Shown: positions 1 to 8,861 of the stretch, piece by piece
How the letters are laid out: the number at the start of each line of letters is the position of its first letter
Numbering within the stretch: the stretch's first letter is position 1
NCBI GenBank assembly: GCA_964544055.1
Contig: CAZJAA010000009.1
Span: 5,459-69,458 of the forward strand
DNA from: an uncultured Lachnospiraceae bacterium
GTDB taxonomy: Bacteria; Bacillota; Clostridia; Lachnospirales; Lachnospiraceae
DNA length: 64,000 nt
Reading direction: 5' to 3'
Made by a program: the position numbers and the translations under genes
The notes under the pieces: model-generated
Database searches by the model: none
What the model was told of the DNA's origin: nothing
What the model saw: only the letters and a program-made list of their open reading frames with translations

Positions 1-924
1 AGCCTGTTTGCCAAACTGCTCCACCAGTGAGTCATACCGCCCGCCAGCCGCAATGACATCTCCGGTGCCATGGGTATAAGCACGGAATAAAATTCCGGTA
101 TAATAATTCAACTGACTCAGCATACCAAGGTCAAAGGAAATATATTCCTCTCTGCCATAACAGCAAAGTGCATCATAAAAGCATTCAAGGCGTTCCAATG
201 CGGCAATTGCACGCTCATTTTTCGTAAGCTGCTTCATATGATGTATCGTTTCAATTGAACCAAAATGGCTGGACAGCTTTGTAAATACTTCTTTTAATTC
301 TGCGGAAATTTCCTTTTCCTCTAATAGTTGCTCCACACCAAACAGATTTTTCATTTCAATCAGCCGGCGAAGCTCATCCGTTTCTTCCGCAGAAAAGCCT
401 GCCTCTTCCACAAGAGCACGAAAAAAATCCGCCTGCCCGGCCACTACCTGAAATTTGGTCAGACCGGATGCCGCTAGACAATCTATCATCAGGGCTGCCA
501 TTTCTGCATCGGCCTCCGGCGAAGCATCATTATATAATTCTGCTCCAATCTGTGTGCTTTCTTTTAACTTTCCCTGATAGTCGGAATGATTCACGAACAC
601 GCTGCCATAATAAAACAGGCGAATAGGAAGTGTTTCGTTTTTAAAATACTTAGCAACACATCTTGCTGCCTGTGGTGTCATATCCGGCCGAAGAACCAGT
701 GTTTCACCGTCGCGGTCTACAAATTTATACATATCTCTGGAGGATACGGTTCCTCGCTCTTTATTAAAAATGTCAAAATATTCAAAGGTTGGAGTGGCAA
801 ATTGATGAAAGCCATAATGTCGCATAACATCCTTCATGTTATTCTCTACCATGTCTTTTCTTTGAAATTCTGAATTGTAAATGTCTCTGACTCCTTCCGG
901 AGTATGTAATAAAATGTCTTTCAT
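1..924 (-). CDS. hisZ: ATP phosphoribosyltransferase regulatory subunit HisZ (HisRS paralogue); C-terminus lies outside the window
   Basis: My own minus-strand translation from ATG 924-922 reads MKDILLHTPEGVRDIYNSEFQRKDMVENNMKDVMRHYGFHQFATPTFEYFDIF...LRPDMTPQAAR... The frame stays open to nt 1 and ends ...YYTGILFRAYTHGTGDVIAAGGRYDSLVEQFGKQA (class II aaRS motif-3-like). It is absent from the ORF track because no stop falls in the window. Confidence 0.8.
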   Translation of the reverse strand, partial: MKDILLHTPEGVRDIYNSEFQRKDMVENNMKDVMRHYGFHQFATPTFEYFDIFNKERGTVSSRDMYKFVDRDGETLVLRPDMTPQAARCVAKYFKNETLPIRLFYYGSVFVNHSDYQGKLKESTQIGAELYNDASPEADAEMAALMIDCLAASGLTKFQVVAGQADFFRALVEEAGFSAEETDELRRLIEMKNLFGVEQLLEEKEISAELKEVFTKLSSHFGSIETIHHMKQLTKNERAIAALERLECFYDALCCYGREEYISFDLGMLSQLNYYTGILFRAYTHGTGDVIAAGGRYDSLVEQFGKQA

Positions 925-1066
925 CGGTTTTCTCCATTCTTGCCGCACAATTAGAAACTGTTTATTCTGAAATGCAGCAGTAATCCTATACATCCGCTGT
1001 TAAGGGCAGTGCGTTACTGCTTTACTTTGGTAACGTGCTACCAAATTAGCACACTGTATTATCTGA

Positions 1067-1095
1067 ATTATAATCGATTCATAGAGACCTGTCAA
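1067..1095 (-). promoter_or_regulatory. Consensus sigma-A-type promoter upstream of hisZ
   Basis: Minus strand reads TTGACA (1095-1090), a 17-nt spacer, then TATAAT (1072-1067). It lies about 140 nt upstream of the hisZ ATG and just downstream of the recU stop. Confidence 0.6.
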
Positions 1096-1130
1096 GCCTT
1101 TCTGAAAAATAGTTGGTTATGATTAAACGG

Positions 1131-1685
1131 TTACTCTCTCTGTTCCAAATCCTTTTGCAACGGAATCAGATAGGGAACAAATACTCCCTGACCTTTGGGA
1201 ATTTCATATTCTTCTTCCAGCTCTTCAAATCGAAAGCTTTTTCTTCCCCCTTGTTCCATGCGGTTCCAGAACTCCTTAACCTTTTGAAAACGTACATAAA
1301 AGCAACGTTCCTTTTTTGTATAGTGAATCAGAAAAAAAGCAATTCCGCCCTGTTGTTCAAACTCCTCCATGAATGCAATCTGGTGTGCATGGATATTTTG
1401 CAGAGCAAAGGTATCGTAAGCACATTCCTTAGCATCAAAGCAGACCGGAATTCCCTGTACCGCACCAATATAGTCTACGGTACTTTTCTGGTCGAAGTAA
1501 GCGAGTGTGATATGCCGACTTTCCTGATCTATCTGTATCGGCGTGATTGGTGTCGGCACTTTCTGAATCAACGCCAGCTTATTTTCTCTGTATTTCTCAT
1601 TGGTAAGGTTAATCAGCTCTTCCAGTGCGGAGCCTCGTAAGCCTCTCGAATTCCATGATGGCATTCTTCCATTCATCCTTCCCAA
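1131..1685 (-). CDS. recU: Holliday junction resolvase RecU
   Basis: SWNSRGLRGSALEELINLTNEKY, KVPTPITPIQ, FDAKECAYDTFALQNIHAHQIAFMEEF and the C-terminal GRKSFRFEELEE resemble B. subtilis RecU. The start is ambiguous: TTG at 1685, or ATG at 1676 or 1664. The gene overlaps the 3' end of the upstream gene. Confidence 0.8.
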   Translation of the reverse strand: MGRMNGRMPSWNSRGLRGSALEELINLTNEKYRENKLALIQKVPTPITPIQIDQESRHITLAYFDQKSTVDYIGAVQGIPVCFDAKECAYDTFALQNIHAHQIAFMEEFEQQGGIAFFLIHYTKKERCFYVRFQKVKEFWNRMEQGGRKSFRFEELEEEYEIPKGQGVFVPYLIPLQKDLEQRE

Positions 1686-2730
1686 ATAATTCGTCTGACA
1701 CCTTTAAAAAACGTGCCGGTGGATCTACCGTAATAACTTTTTCCGATACTTCCAAAAGTGCTCCGGAAAGCTTTGGAAACTGCAACAGATAGGAATGAAG
1801 CAGATGGTAGCGCAAAGGAAGCCTTCGGTTGATGTGTTGGAACTGTTCGACATTTGCAGCGTCTTTTTTTTTCGCCTCTGCACCGTATTTGGTATCCCCT
1901 AAAAGCGGTAGCCCAATACTTGCCAGATGGGCACGAATCTGGTGCGTTTTTCCGGTAATCAGCCGGATTGCCAGAAAAGTTTCCGTTCCGTTTGTGACAA
2001 GCGGTATCAACTCTGTTTCAATTCGGTCATAGTCTGCGGCTGAACCACCCTGTCTGCTGAATTCTTCTTCGGACAGCACCTGTACCATATTAAGGTTTCT
2101 GTCCTTTTTTAAATAACCGATGAGCAGCTGTTTTTTTTCTGCTTTTCCGGTCACAATGCAAAGATAATATTTGTGTACTATTCTCTGTTTTAACAGCTCT
2201 GCCATTTCCTGCAGCCCCGCCAGAGACTTTCCTGCAATCAAAAGTCCGGTGGTATTCCGATCCAGACGGTTGCATACGCCCGGGGTAAAGCTGTCCAGCC
2301 CAATATTCTGCGTTTTTCTTAAATATTCCACGATGCGTTCATTGATGGAAACATCGTCTTTTGCTGCTTTCTGCGACAGCTCTCCTGCCGGTTTATTTAC
2401 AATCAGCAGATGCTCGCCCTCAAACACAATTTCCTGCGGCTTTAAACCGGCAGTCTGCTGTGCGGTTCCGGAGTGTTCTGCATCCGCAGAAGCTTTATGA
2501 AATTTCTTTTCTGACTGAAAGCCGGCAATGGTTTCTTCCGATAAAAACAGACGAATTTCATCACCCTCTGCCACTTTTTCCGAGCCCTCCGCTTTTTTCC
2601 CATTTAATGTAATGTTCTTTTTACGGAGCATTTTATAGAAAAAACTTTTTGGTGCTGTGTCCATATACTTGGATAACAATTTATCCAGCCGCTGTCCAGC
2701 CTCGTTTTTCGATACCAGAAACGATTTCAT
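1609..2730 (-). CDS. RluA/RluD-family 23S rRNA pseudouridine synthase with N-terminal S4 domain
   Basis: The S4-like N-terminus (RLDKLLSKY...) and the motifs NRLDRNTTGLLIAGKS and KTHQIRAHLASIGLPLLGDTKYG are typical of the RluA family. Confidence 0.85.
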   Translation of the reverse strand: MKSFLVSKNEAGQRLDKLLSKYMDTAPKSFFYKMLRKKNITLNGKKAEGSEKVAEGDEIRLFLSEETIAGFQSEKKFHKASADAEHSGTAQQTAGLKPQEIVFEGEHLLIVNKPAGELSQKAAKDDVSINERIVEYLRKTQNIGLDSFTPGVCNRLDRNTTGLLIAGKSLAGLQEMAELLKQRIVHKYYLCIVTGKAEKKQLLIGYLKKDRNLNMVQVLSEEEFSRQGGSAADYDRIETELIPLVTNGTETFLAIRLITGKTHQIRAHLASIGLPLLGDTKYGAEAKKKDAANVEQFQHINRRLPLRYHLLHSYLLQFPKLSGALLEVSEKVITVDPPARFLKVSDELFGKDEWKNAIMEFERLTRLRTGRAD

Positions 2731-2760
2731 CCGTCTATCCTCTTTCCTGTCATTTAATTT

Positions 2761-3336
2761 TTATACGGTAAACGTGCGAAGCATGGAAAGTACCTCTTCC
2801 TTTGCTTCTGCAGAGGCTACCGCTTCTTCTCCGCGCAGCTTCATCCGATCCTTTACCTGCTTTTCTTCTGTGGCAATATACACCGTGTAGGAACTGCAGC
2901 GAAGCTTCAGCTCTTTCTTAAAATACTCCTGAATTACCTGTACCTTGTCCTTGGTTCTGGATGTGTATCCGATAATCTGATGTCCGGTCACATAGATGCA
3001 GTCCAAATGCATGATTTTTTCAGATGAGGTAAATACCACGTCATACAATATAGTATCGCTCTCTTTGGCATAGGAATCCAGCCGTGCTTTTGTTTCGGCA
3101 TTCATCGGCTGATAAGGAAACAATACCACATAGGACACAAAATATTTTGCCGCAGGCATTACCATACACACCGCAATCACAGTAAAAATATTGGCTGTTT
3201 CCATTTTATTGAGCAATAAACCCAGAATAAAAACGCCAATCCCAATCAGCACCATCAACAGCGTTCCTCTGACTGCACTCTGTTTTTTCTGCTTTAAATA
3301 GCCATATTCTCCACGTTCTTTTCTTTTTCTTTTCAT
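2761..3336 (-). CDS. Hypothetical membrane protein (two predicted TM helices plus a soluble C-terminal domain)
   Basis: I prefer the ATG at 3336, preceded by GGAGAAAACAT, over the track start at 3528. The hydrophobic stretches are LLMVLIGIGVFILGLLL and IFTVIAVCMVMPAA. I recognise no family. The 3337-3527 region contains an 11-nt tandem duplication (TAGCTTTCCTT twice, 3406-3427). Confidence 0.45.
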   Translation of the reverse strand: MKRKRKERGEYGYLKQKKQSAVRGTLLMVLIGIGVFILGLLLNKMETANIFTVIAVCMVMPAAKYFVSYVVLFPYQPMNAETKARLDSYAKESDTILYDVVFTSSEKIMHLDCIYVTGHQIIGYTSRTKDKVQVIQEYFKKELKLRCSSYTVYIATEEKQVKDRMKLRGEEAVASAEAKEEVLSMLRTFTV

Positions 3337-3527
3337 ATGTTTTCTCCATTCCGAGAACGTTTTTTTGTCTGAGCAGGCATAGCTTAAATTCCTAACGACA
3401 ATTTTTAGCTTTCCTTTAGCTTTCCTTGAAGCTTCTTTGTGACGTTCTCGACACAAAGAGCTGGTACTTTTTTCGTTCAGAAGCAATCCACGTTCCAGCG
3501 ACAGGATTTTTTCAGTGCACCGATTCA

Positions 3528-4172
3528 CTATTGCACTTCATCATAATGTGTAATGTAATAATCTGCCAGTTTCTTTTTTTCTTCTGTCATTAGACTGGAA
3601 AACTCATCCTCAATGGCACAAACCTTCATACCCGCACGCTTTCCGGCTAAAATTCCTTCCGGAATATCTTCAAATACAAGACAATGCTCCGGAGAAGCTT
3701 TAAGGCATTTCGCAACTAACAAATAAATATCCGGTGCCGGCTTTCCCTTTGCCACCTCACAGGAGGTATGAATTTCATCCAGATATGCAGAAATCTGAAG
3801 ACTCTCTACCACCGCCTGCACCAGCTCTTTCGAATTACTGGTGGCAATTCCGGTACGAATGCCAAGCTTTTTTAACCTCTTTAAAAACTCCAAAGCACCC
3901 GGTTTTAACGGCACCTCATGTGTATATTTGTAAAATGCCATTTCATTCCAGGTTTGTTTAATTTGCTCCAAAGAGTCCGGAATATGAAAGGTTTCCTTAA
4001 AATACACTGCGGTTTCCGAAAAACTCATTCCGGAAATATCCTTCTGCAACGTTTCCGGAAGCGAAATACCAAAGCTTCCAAGATATTCTATATCAATGTT
4101 TCTCCACATCCACATGGAATTTACTAAAGTTCCGTCTAAATCAAATAAGACTGCCTGTATATTTTCTAACAT
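3528..4172 (-). CDS. HAD-superfamily hydrolase (beta-phosphoglucomutase / phosphatase-like, subfamily IA)
   Basis: HAD motif I is FDLDGTLVNS, motif II is IATSNS, and motif IV-like is VFEDIPEGILAGKRAGMKV. Confidence 0.8.
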   Translation of the reverse strand: MLENIQAVLFDLDGTLVNSMWMWRNIDIEYLGSFGISLPETLQKDISGMSFSETAVYFKETFHIPDSLEQIKQTWNEMAFYKYTHEVPLKPGALEFLKRLKKLGIRTGIATSNSKELVQAVVESLQISAYLDEIHTSCEVAKGKPAPDIYLLVAKCLKASPEHCLVFEDIPEGILAGKRAGMKVCAIEDEFSSLMTEEKKKLADYYITHYDEVQ

Positions 4173-4278
4173 AGCATCGGTTAATTTTCAGAACATTTTC
4201 CTGTTCTATGCACTTTTTCCTTTCTTTTTTGTCTGATATGTCGCATTTTTCAAATCCGTTTTCCATAGACCAAATGCG

Positions 4279-5043
4279 TTATTTTTTTAACTGTGAAAGT
4301 TCTTCCGCCGTCAGTTTTCTGCATTTGCCCGGCAGCAAGCTTTCGTCAAGCACAAGACTTCCCATGGAAATCCGTTTTAAATACGTTACTTCGCAGCCGA
4401 TTTCATGGCACATCCGCTTTACCTGATGGAATTTTCCCTCTCTTAGCGTAATATACACTTCCGATTTTCCCTCTGCAACACGCAAAATCTCCAGTCCGGC
4501 AGGCAATGCTTTGTAATCGTTTCCTACCTGAATTCCCTCTGCAAATCGTTGTTTTGCATCTTCGGGCACTTCTCCTTCAAGACGTGCAAAATATACTTTA
4601 TCCACATGTTTTTTGGGCGACAAAAGCCGATGGGCAAGTTCTCCGTCATCCGTCAGCAAAAGAAGACCTTCTGTGTCCTTATCCAGACGTCCCACCGGAA
4701 ACACTTCCCGCTTTCCGAGGAAGAATCCGTTTTTCCCTACACTCTCTGCTGTTTCGGCACTTTGCTGCCTGACTAAATCAAGCACAGTCTGTTCGTTGTT
4801 ATCTTCGGTTGCAGAAACAACACCCACAGGCTTATAAAGCATCAGATACAAAAATTTTTCAGAAGCCAGACTTCTTCCGTCCAGACATACACTGTCCGCA
4901 GAAGAAACCTTGCAATCTGTATTTTTGCATACCTCACCGTTTACCTGAACTCTTCCTTTGGAAATTGCAGCTTTGGTCTCTTTCCGGGTAATTCCGGCAG
5001 CCTCTGCCACGTATTTATCCAGTCTTTCTGCTTTTTCTGCCAT
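4279..5043 (-). CDS. RsuA/RluB-family rRNA pseudouridine synthase (S4 domain)
   Basis: Motifs are MAEKAERLDKYVAEAAGITRKETK (S4), GRLDKDTEGLLLLTDDGELAHRL and GKFHQVKRM. I placed the start at ATG 5043, which gives a TAATG overlap with the upstream gene's stop, rather than at 5130. Confidence 0.85.
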   Translation of the reverse strand: MAEKAERLDKYVAEAAGITRKETKAAISKGRVQVNGEVCKNTDCKVSSADSVCLDGRSLASEKFLYLMLYKPVGVVSATEDNNEQTVLDLVRQQSAETAESVGKNGFFLGKREVFPVGRLDKDTEGLLLLTDDGELAHRLLSPKKHVDKVYFARLEGEVPEDAKQRFAEGIQVGNDYKALPAGLEILRVAEGKSEVYITLREGKFHQVKRMCHEIGCEVTYLKRISMGSLVLDESLLPGKCRKLTAEELSQLKK

Positions 5044-6431
5044 TACATCATTCTCCATCCCGGAAGATATTTGTTCTTTAACGTGCCGTTTTGCGCTTTT
5101 GCCCAGCCAAGCGGAAAGCCGCCGACACACACCAGAACAAAGCCATCCGGCACATCTGTTTTTGCTTCGATGGTCTCACACTTTAAATATCGCACCACAT
5201 CTTCTTCATCCACATCCATGTTATACACCGCATCATATTCCTTCATGGACAATGCACAGGCAAGTGCCTGACTTGGCTCAAAACGGTTTTTCTTGAGTTC
5301 TCCAAGCAGCAGCCCGGAACGCATCACACGAAGTCCCTTTAAATCCGGAATACCTTCCGGCAGAAGATACAGCCTGTCTTCCCGGATTTCCAGCCGTTCC
5401 TTGGGAAGCTCTATGGAAAGTCTGTCCAGAAATTCCTTTGCTGCCTCCGGAAGCTTTGCCGGTTTTGATGGAACTGGAACCATTTTTTGCTCTCCGGAAT
5501 CGTCCTTTTGAAGCAATGCCACAAAGTGCCCTTCGCCGTCCAGCTTGTGTGGCCACAGACGAATCGCATTCTCAATTTCTTTTCTGCCGTTTTCTATCCA
5601 TTCCGGATGTCCGCAAGAAAATCCTTCATAAGATAATTCCGGTTTTATCACATGCATATCCGGATGGTTTTCTAAAATGTACTGAAGACTTCCCTCATCC
5701 TCTTCCGGTGAAAACGTGCAGGTAGAGTAAACAAGCATTCCTCCCGGAGCAAGCATGGGAAGCACGGCATCCAGAATTTCCAGCTGCAGCTTGTGATAAT
5801 ATTCTACACCATACTGCTCCCAGTTTTTCATAATGGCCGGACTTTTTCGGAACATTCCTTCCCCGGAGCACGGTGCATCCACTAAAATTTTATCAAAATA
5901 CCTGCGAAAACGTTCCGTCAGCTTTCCCGGTGCTTCGCTTAAAATCAAAGAATTTCTGGAACCAAACAATTCCAGGTTTTTAAGCAGTGCTTTGGCTCTG
6001 GAATTACTGATATCATTTGATACAAGAACCCCTTTGCCCTGAAGCTTTGCTGCCAGTTCAGTACTCTTGCCGCCCGGAGCTGCACAAATATCAAGAACTC
6101 TGTCGCCCGGATTTACCGGAAGAATCTGTGCCGGTGTCATGGCACTCGGCTCCTGAATGTAGTACAGTCCTGCGAAATAATATGGGTGCTTTGCCGGCTG
6201 TTCTGAAAGGCTATAGTAATATCCATTCGTAATCCATGGAACCTGCTGAATGGCAAACGGAGCTATCCGTTCCCACTCATCCTTGCTTACCTTCAATGAG
6301 TTGAAACGGACACCTCCGTACCTTTCTTCTTCGAATCCCCGTAAAAAATCCGGAAATTCCTCTTGCAGCAGTTCCTTCATCCGGTTTTCAAATTTCTTCG
6401 GTAAAGTAATCACTGTTGTCCTCTTTTCCAT
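5043..6431 (-). CDS. NOL1/NOP2/Sun-family SAM-dependent RNA (cytosine-C5) methyltransferase (RsmF/RsmB-like)
   Basis: Motifs are DICAAPGGKST, LVSNDI, ILVDAPCSGEGMFRK and GGMLVYSTCT, followed by a PUA-like C-terminal region. Confidence 0.85.
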   Translation of the reverse strand: MEKRTTVITLPKKFENRMKELLQEEFPDFLRGFEEERYGGVRFNSLKVSKDEWERIAPFAIQQVPWITNGYYYSLSEQPAKHPYYFAGLYYIQEPSAMTPAQILPVNPGDRVLDICAAPGGKSTELAAKLQGKGVLVSNDISNSRAKALLKNLELFGSRNSLILSEAPGKLTERFRRYFDKILVDAPCSGEGMFRKSPAIMKNWEQYGVEYYHKLQLEILDAVLPMLAPGGMLVYSTCTFSPEEDEGSLQYILENHPDMHVIKPELSYEGFSCGHPEWIENGRKEIENAIRLWPHKLDGEGHFVALLQKDDSGEQKMVPVPSKPAKLPEAAKEFLDRLSIELPKERLEIREDRLYLLPEGIPDLKGLRVMRSGLLLGELKKNRFEPSQALACALSMKEYDAVYNMDVDEEDVVRYLKCETIEAKTDVPDGFVLVCVGGFPLGWAKAQNGTLKNKYLPGWRMM

Positions 6432-7235
6432 CTAGCGCAGACTCTGCGCACGATAACTTTCTGCAATCACATCCAGTTCTTTTCCAAAGCGTGCCAGTTC
6501 GTTCAAATCTCCCTCATTATAAATACGGAAAAATTCATCCTGAATACGCACAACCTCTCGCTTGTTTGCAACCTTATAAAGGTTCTGGATGGTTGTTAAA
6601 ATTTCTGATACGATGCTTGCCTTAATGTGGAAAGAATTTTGCGCATCCATAATTTCATTTCGTACCGAAGCCATTTCCTCATCCAGAATAACAATGGCTT
6701 CTGCTGCCTTATGAAGACGCTCACTGAGCACCGCAGGCATATTCTTTTTATACTTGTACTGCAACGAATGCTCAATGGTTGCCCAGAAATCCATTGCCAA
6801 GGTGCGGATTTGAATTTCAACCTGAAGCTCCTTCGGACCTTTAACGGATTCCACTGTATAATACACAATCAGGTGATAACTGCGGTAACCGCTTTCTTTT
6901 ACATTACTGATATAATCCTTCTCGCTTTTTATCCGCATATCCGTACGGTTTTTGATAATTTCGGCAACTTTGTAAATATCTTCTACAAATTGACAGATAA
7001 TACGAATTCCGGCAATATCCTCAATTTTTTCCTCAAACTGATTAAATTCCACATTTTTCTTCTGACATTTTTCCAAAATACTGGAAATTGTCTTTACTCT
7101 TCCGTTTACCTGTTCAATCGGTGAGTACTTCCCTGCCCTGCGGTTTGCCGCAATCAGATGACGAAACTTAACCACCAATTCATCCACTGCCAGCTCATAA
7201 GGCTCAAGAATTTCTCTCCAAAGCTGTATTTCCAT
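6432..7235 (-). CDS. Small alarmone synthetase (RelA/SpoT-domain GTP pyrophosphokinase, RelQ/RelP-like)
   Basis: Motifs are SPIEQVNGRVKTISSILEKCQKKN, DIAGIRIICQFVEDIY, GYRSYHLIV and EIQIRTLAMDFWATIEHSLQYKY. The stop directly abuts the start of the next gene (6432/6431). Confidence 0.8.
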   Translation of the reverse strand: MEIQLWREILEPYELAVDELVVKFRHLIAANRRAGKYSPIEQVNGRVKTISSILEKCQKKNVEFNQFEEKIEDIAGIRIICQFVEDIYKVAEIIKNRTDMRIKSEKDYISNVKESGYRSYHLIVYYTVESVKGPKELQVEIQIRTLAMDFWATIEHSLQYKYKKNMPAVLSERLHKAAEAIVILDEEMASVRNEIMDAQNSFHIKASIVSEILTTIQNLYKVANKREVVRIQDEFFRIYNEGDLNELARFGKELDVIAESYRAQSLR

Positions 7236-7263
7236 ATTACTAAAAAACCTCCAAAGCTATTTC

Positions 7264-8763
7264 CTATTCGCCATAAATAAACTCCTGCAGTCTATCTACA
7301 CAGGCCGGATCGTATGCACAGACATCCTTTTCTTCAATGGTGGCATCGGTATACAGCCCACTCTGCGGTACCTGCATTGTTTCTATATCATACATCTTAT
7401 GCTCAAACACAGCACCCAGGGCATCTATTGCCAAGCCTTTCAGAGAAGTCGGTGCGGTTACATATTCAAAACACTGGTTCATTATCTGGCTCAGTTCTGT
7501 AATATTCTTGCTCTTAAACTGGTTAAACAATGCCTGCAATACAACACGGTGACGGTAATTACGACCACGGTCATCCATCATGCCATTCGCCGTTGGTACT
7601 TTTCGTACACGACAATATCCAAGCACCTGGGTACCCGACATTCGCTGTTCTCCGGCTACTGTATTGCGCTGTGCCGGATCCGAAATATATTTTGTCGTAT
7701 TTAAGTAATCCGATTCCTTTGCCGTCAGGGAAATATTCAATCCACCCAACTGGTCAATAATATTTTCAAAACCGTCAAATTCCACTTTAATGTAAGAATC
7801 AATATCGACACCAAAGTTCTGTTCCATGGTTTCAACAAGCAGACTTGCCCCTCCAAATGCATAAGCAGCATTCAGTCTGTCATTTCCCTTTCGAGGAATA
7901 GCTACAAATAAATCTCTCTGGAACGAAATCATTTTTAATGGACCGCCATTCAAATCGATGGAGACTAAAATCATGGCATCTGACCTTCCGTATTTCGCAC
8001 CTTTCATATTCTCAACACCAATTAAAAGAACATTGATGATATCCGGATCGTCCATAATTACAATGGACGGTGTCGGAGTCGGCGTTGGCTCCGGTGTCAG
8101 TGCCGGTTCCTCGGTTGGGGATGGAACCGGAGTCGTATCTGCACCGTCGGTAGGCTCCGGAGTCGCTTCCGGAGTTGTGGTTGGTGTTGCAGTAGGAGAT
8201 GGCGTCGGTGATGGCGTTGTCAGTTCTTCTCCTTCGTTGATTTTTCCAAACGCCCATTCAAGAGCAATATTGATGAGAAAATTTTTTCCGCCTTTTGTTC
8301 CGAATAACAGCACTACCGAAAGAAGTATAACAAAAATAACGGTAGTCAGCACCTTTGTCCAAGTCGGTATTTTTTTAAAGAAAGCCACAAATTTATTGGT
8401 CGAATGCTCTTCGGTTTTCTCTTCTTCCTCAGTTCCAGCTTCCTCCTTGCCAAACTCCTGAGCAATCTGTGCCGATAACGCAGCATCCACGCCAGCAAAC
8501 ATTTCCTCCTCTTCGGAGGATGTTTTTTTCTCTTCATCAAAAGAAAACGTATTTTCCGGGAACAGAAGTTCAGGGATTTCCTCCTCCTCCTCCGGAGCTT
8601 CTTCTTTAAATGCTTCTTCCAGATTATGATAAAATTCTTCACTTAAGGTAGGATCAAAATCCATGTCCACGTTTTCCGGTTCTTCCAGCATATTCACTTC
8701 ATTACTTTCAGAAGCTGCTGTGTTCTGCACTTTCAGTTCGATATCCTTATTTTCGTTCTCCAT
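7264..8763 (-). CDS. LytR-CpsA-Psr (LCP) family cell-wall polymer transferase with acidic cytoplasmic N-terminus, TM helix and Pro/Thr linker
   Basis: The LCP core reads NVLLIGVENMKGAKYGRSDAMILVSIDLNGGPLKMISFQRDLFVAIP...NDRLNAAYAFGG. The TM helix is VLTTVIFVILLSVVLLF. The P/T-rich linker is encoded at 8065-8220. Confidence 0.8.
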   Translation of the reverse strand: MENENKDIELKVQNTAASESNEVNMLEEPENVDMDFDPTLSEEFYHNLEEAFKEEAPEEEEEIPELLFPENTFSFDEEKKTSSEEEEMFAGVDAALSAQIAQEFGKEEAGTEEEEKTEEHSTNKFVAFFKKIPTWTKVLTTVIFVILLSVVLLFGTKGGKNFLINIALEWAFGKINEGEELTTPSPTPSPTATPTTTPEATPEPTDGADTTPVPSPTEEPALTPEPTPTPTPSIVIMDDPDIINVLLIGVENMKGAKYGRSDAMILVSIDLNGGPLKMISFQRDLFVAIPRKGNDRLNAAYAFGGASLLVETMEQNFGVDIDSYIKVEFDGFENIIDQLGGLNISLTAKESDYLNTTKYISDPAQRNTVAGEQRMSGTQVLGYCRVRKVPTANGMMDDRGRNYRHRVVLQALFNQFKSKNITELSQIMNQCFEYVTAPTSLKGLAIDALGAVFEHKMYDIETMQVPQSGLYTDATIEEKDVCAYDPACVDRLQEFIYGE

Positions 8764-8861
8764 ACTTCCTCTTTTCCTGTTATTGTTCCGTGATCCATAA
8801 CAATAATCTTTTCTTCTTTCTTACAGCGTTTTTTATGATTACATAAGGAAAGGTAACACGT

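Noticed and set aside
925-1066. Possible T-box leader upstream of hisZ (TAATTTGGTAGCACGTTACC resembles the T-box core)
   Set aside because: The leader predicted from the consensus promoter is only about 135 nt. The core has GGTAGCACG instead of GGTGGTACCGCG, the UGGU would not match a tRNA-His discriminator, and no terminator U-tract follows. Only overlapping short hairpins are visible.
8065-8220. Repetitive ACn/CCn-rich DNA in the LCP gene, with a similar tract at 21267-21389, that could be mistaken for a repeat array
   Set aside because: Both tracts are in-frame Pro/Thr(/Glu) linker-coding sequences within intact ORFs. There are no spacers or direct-repeat architecture, so this is not a CRISPR array.
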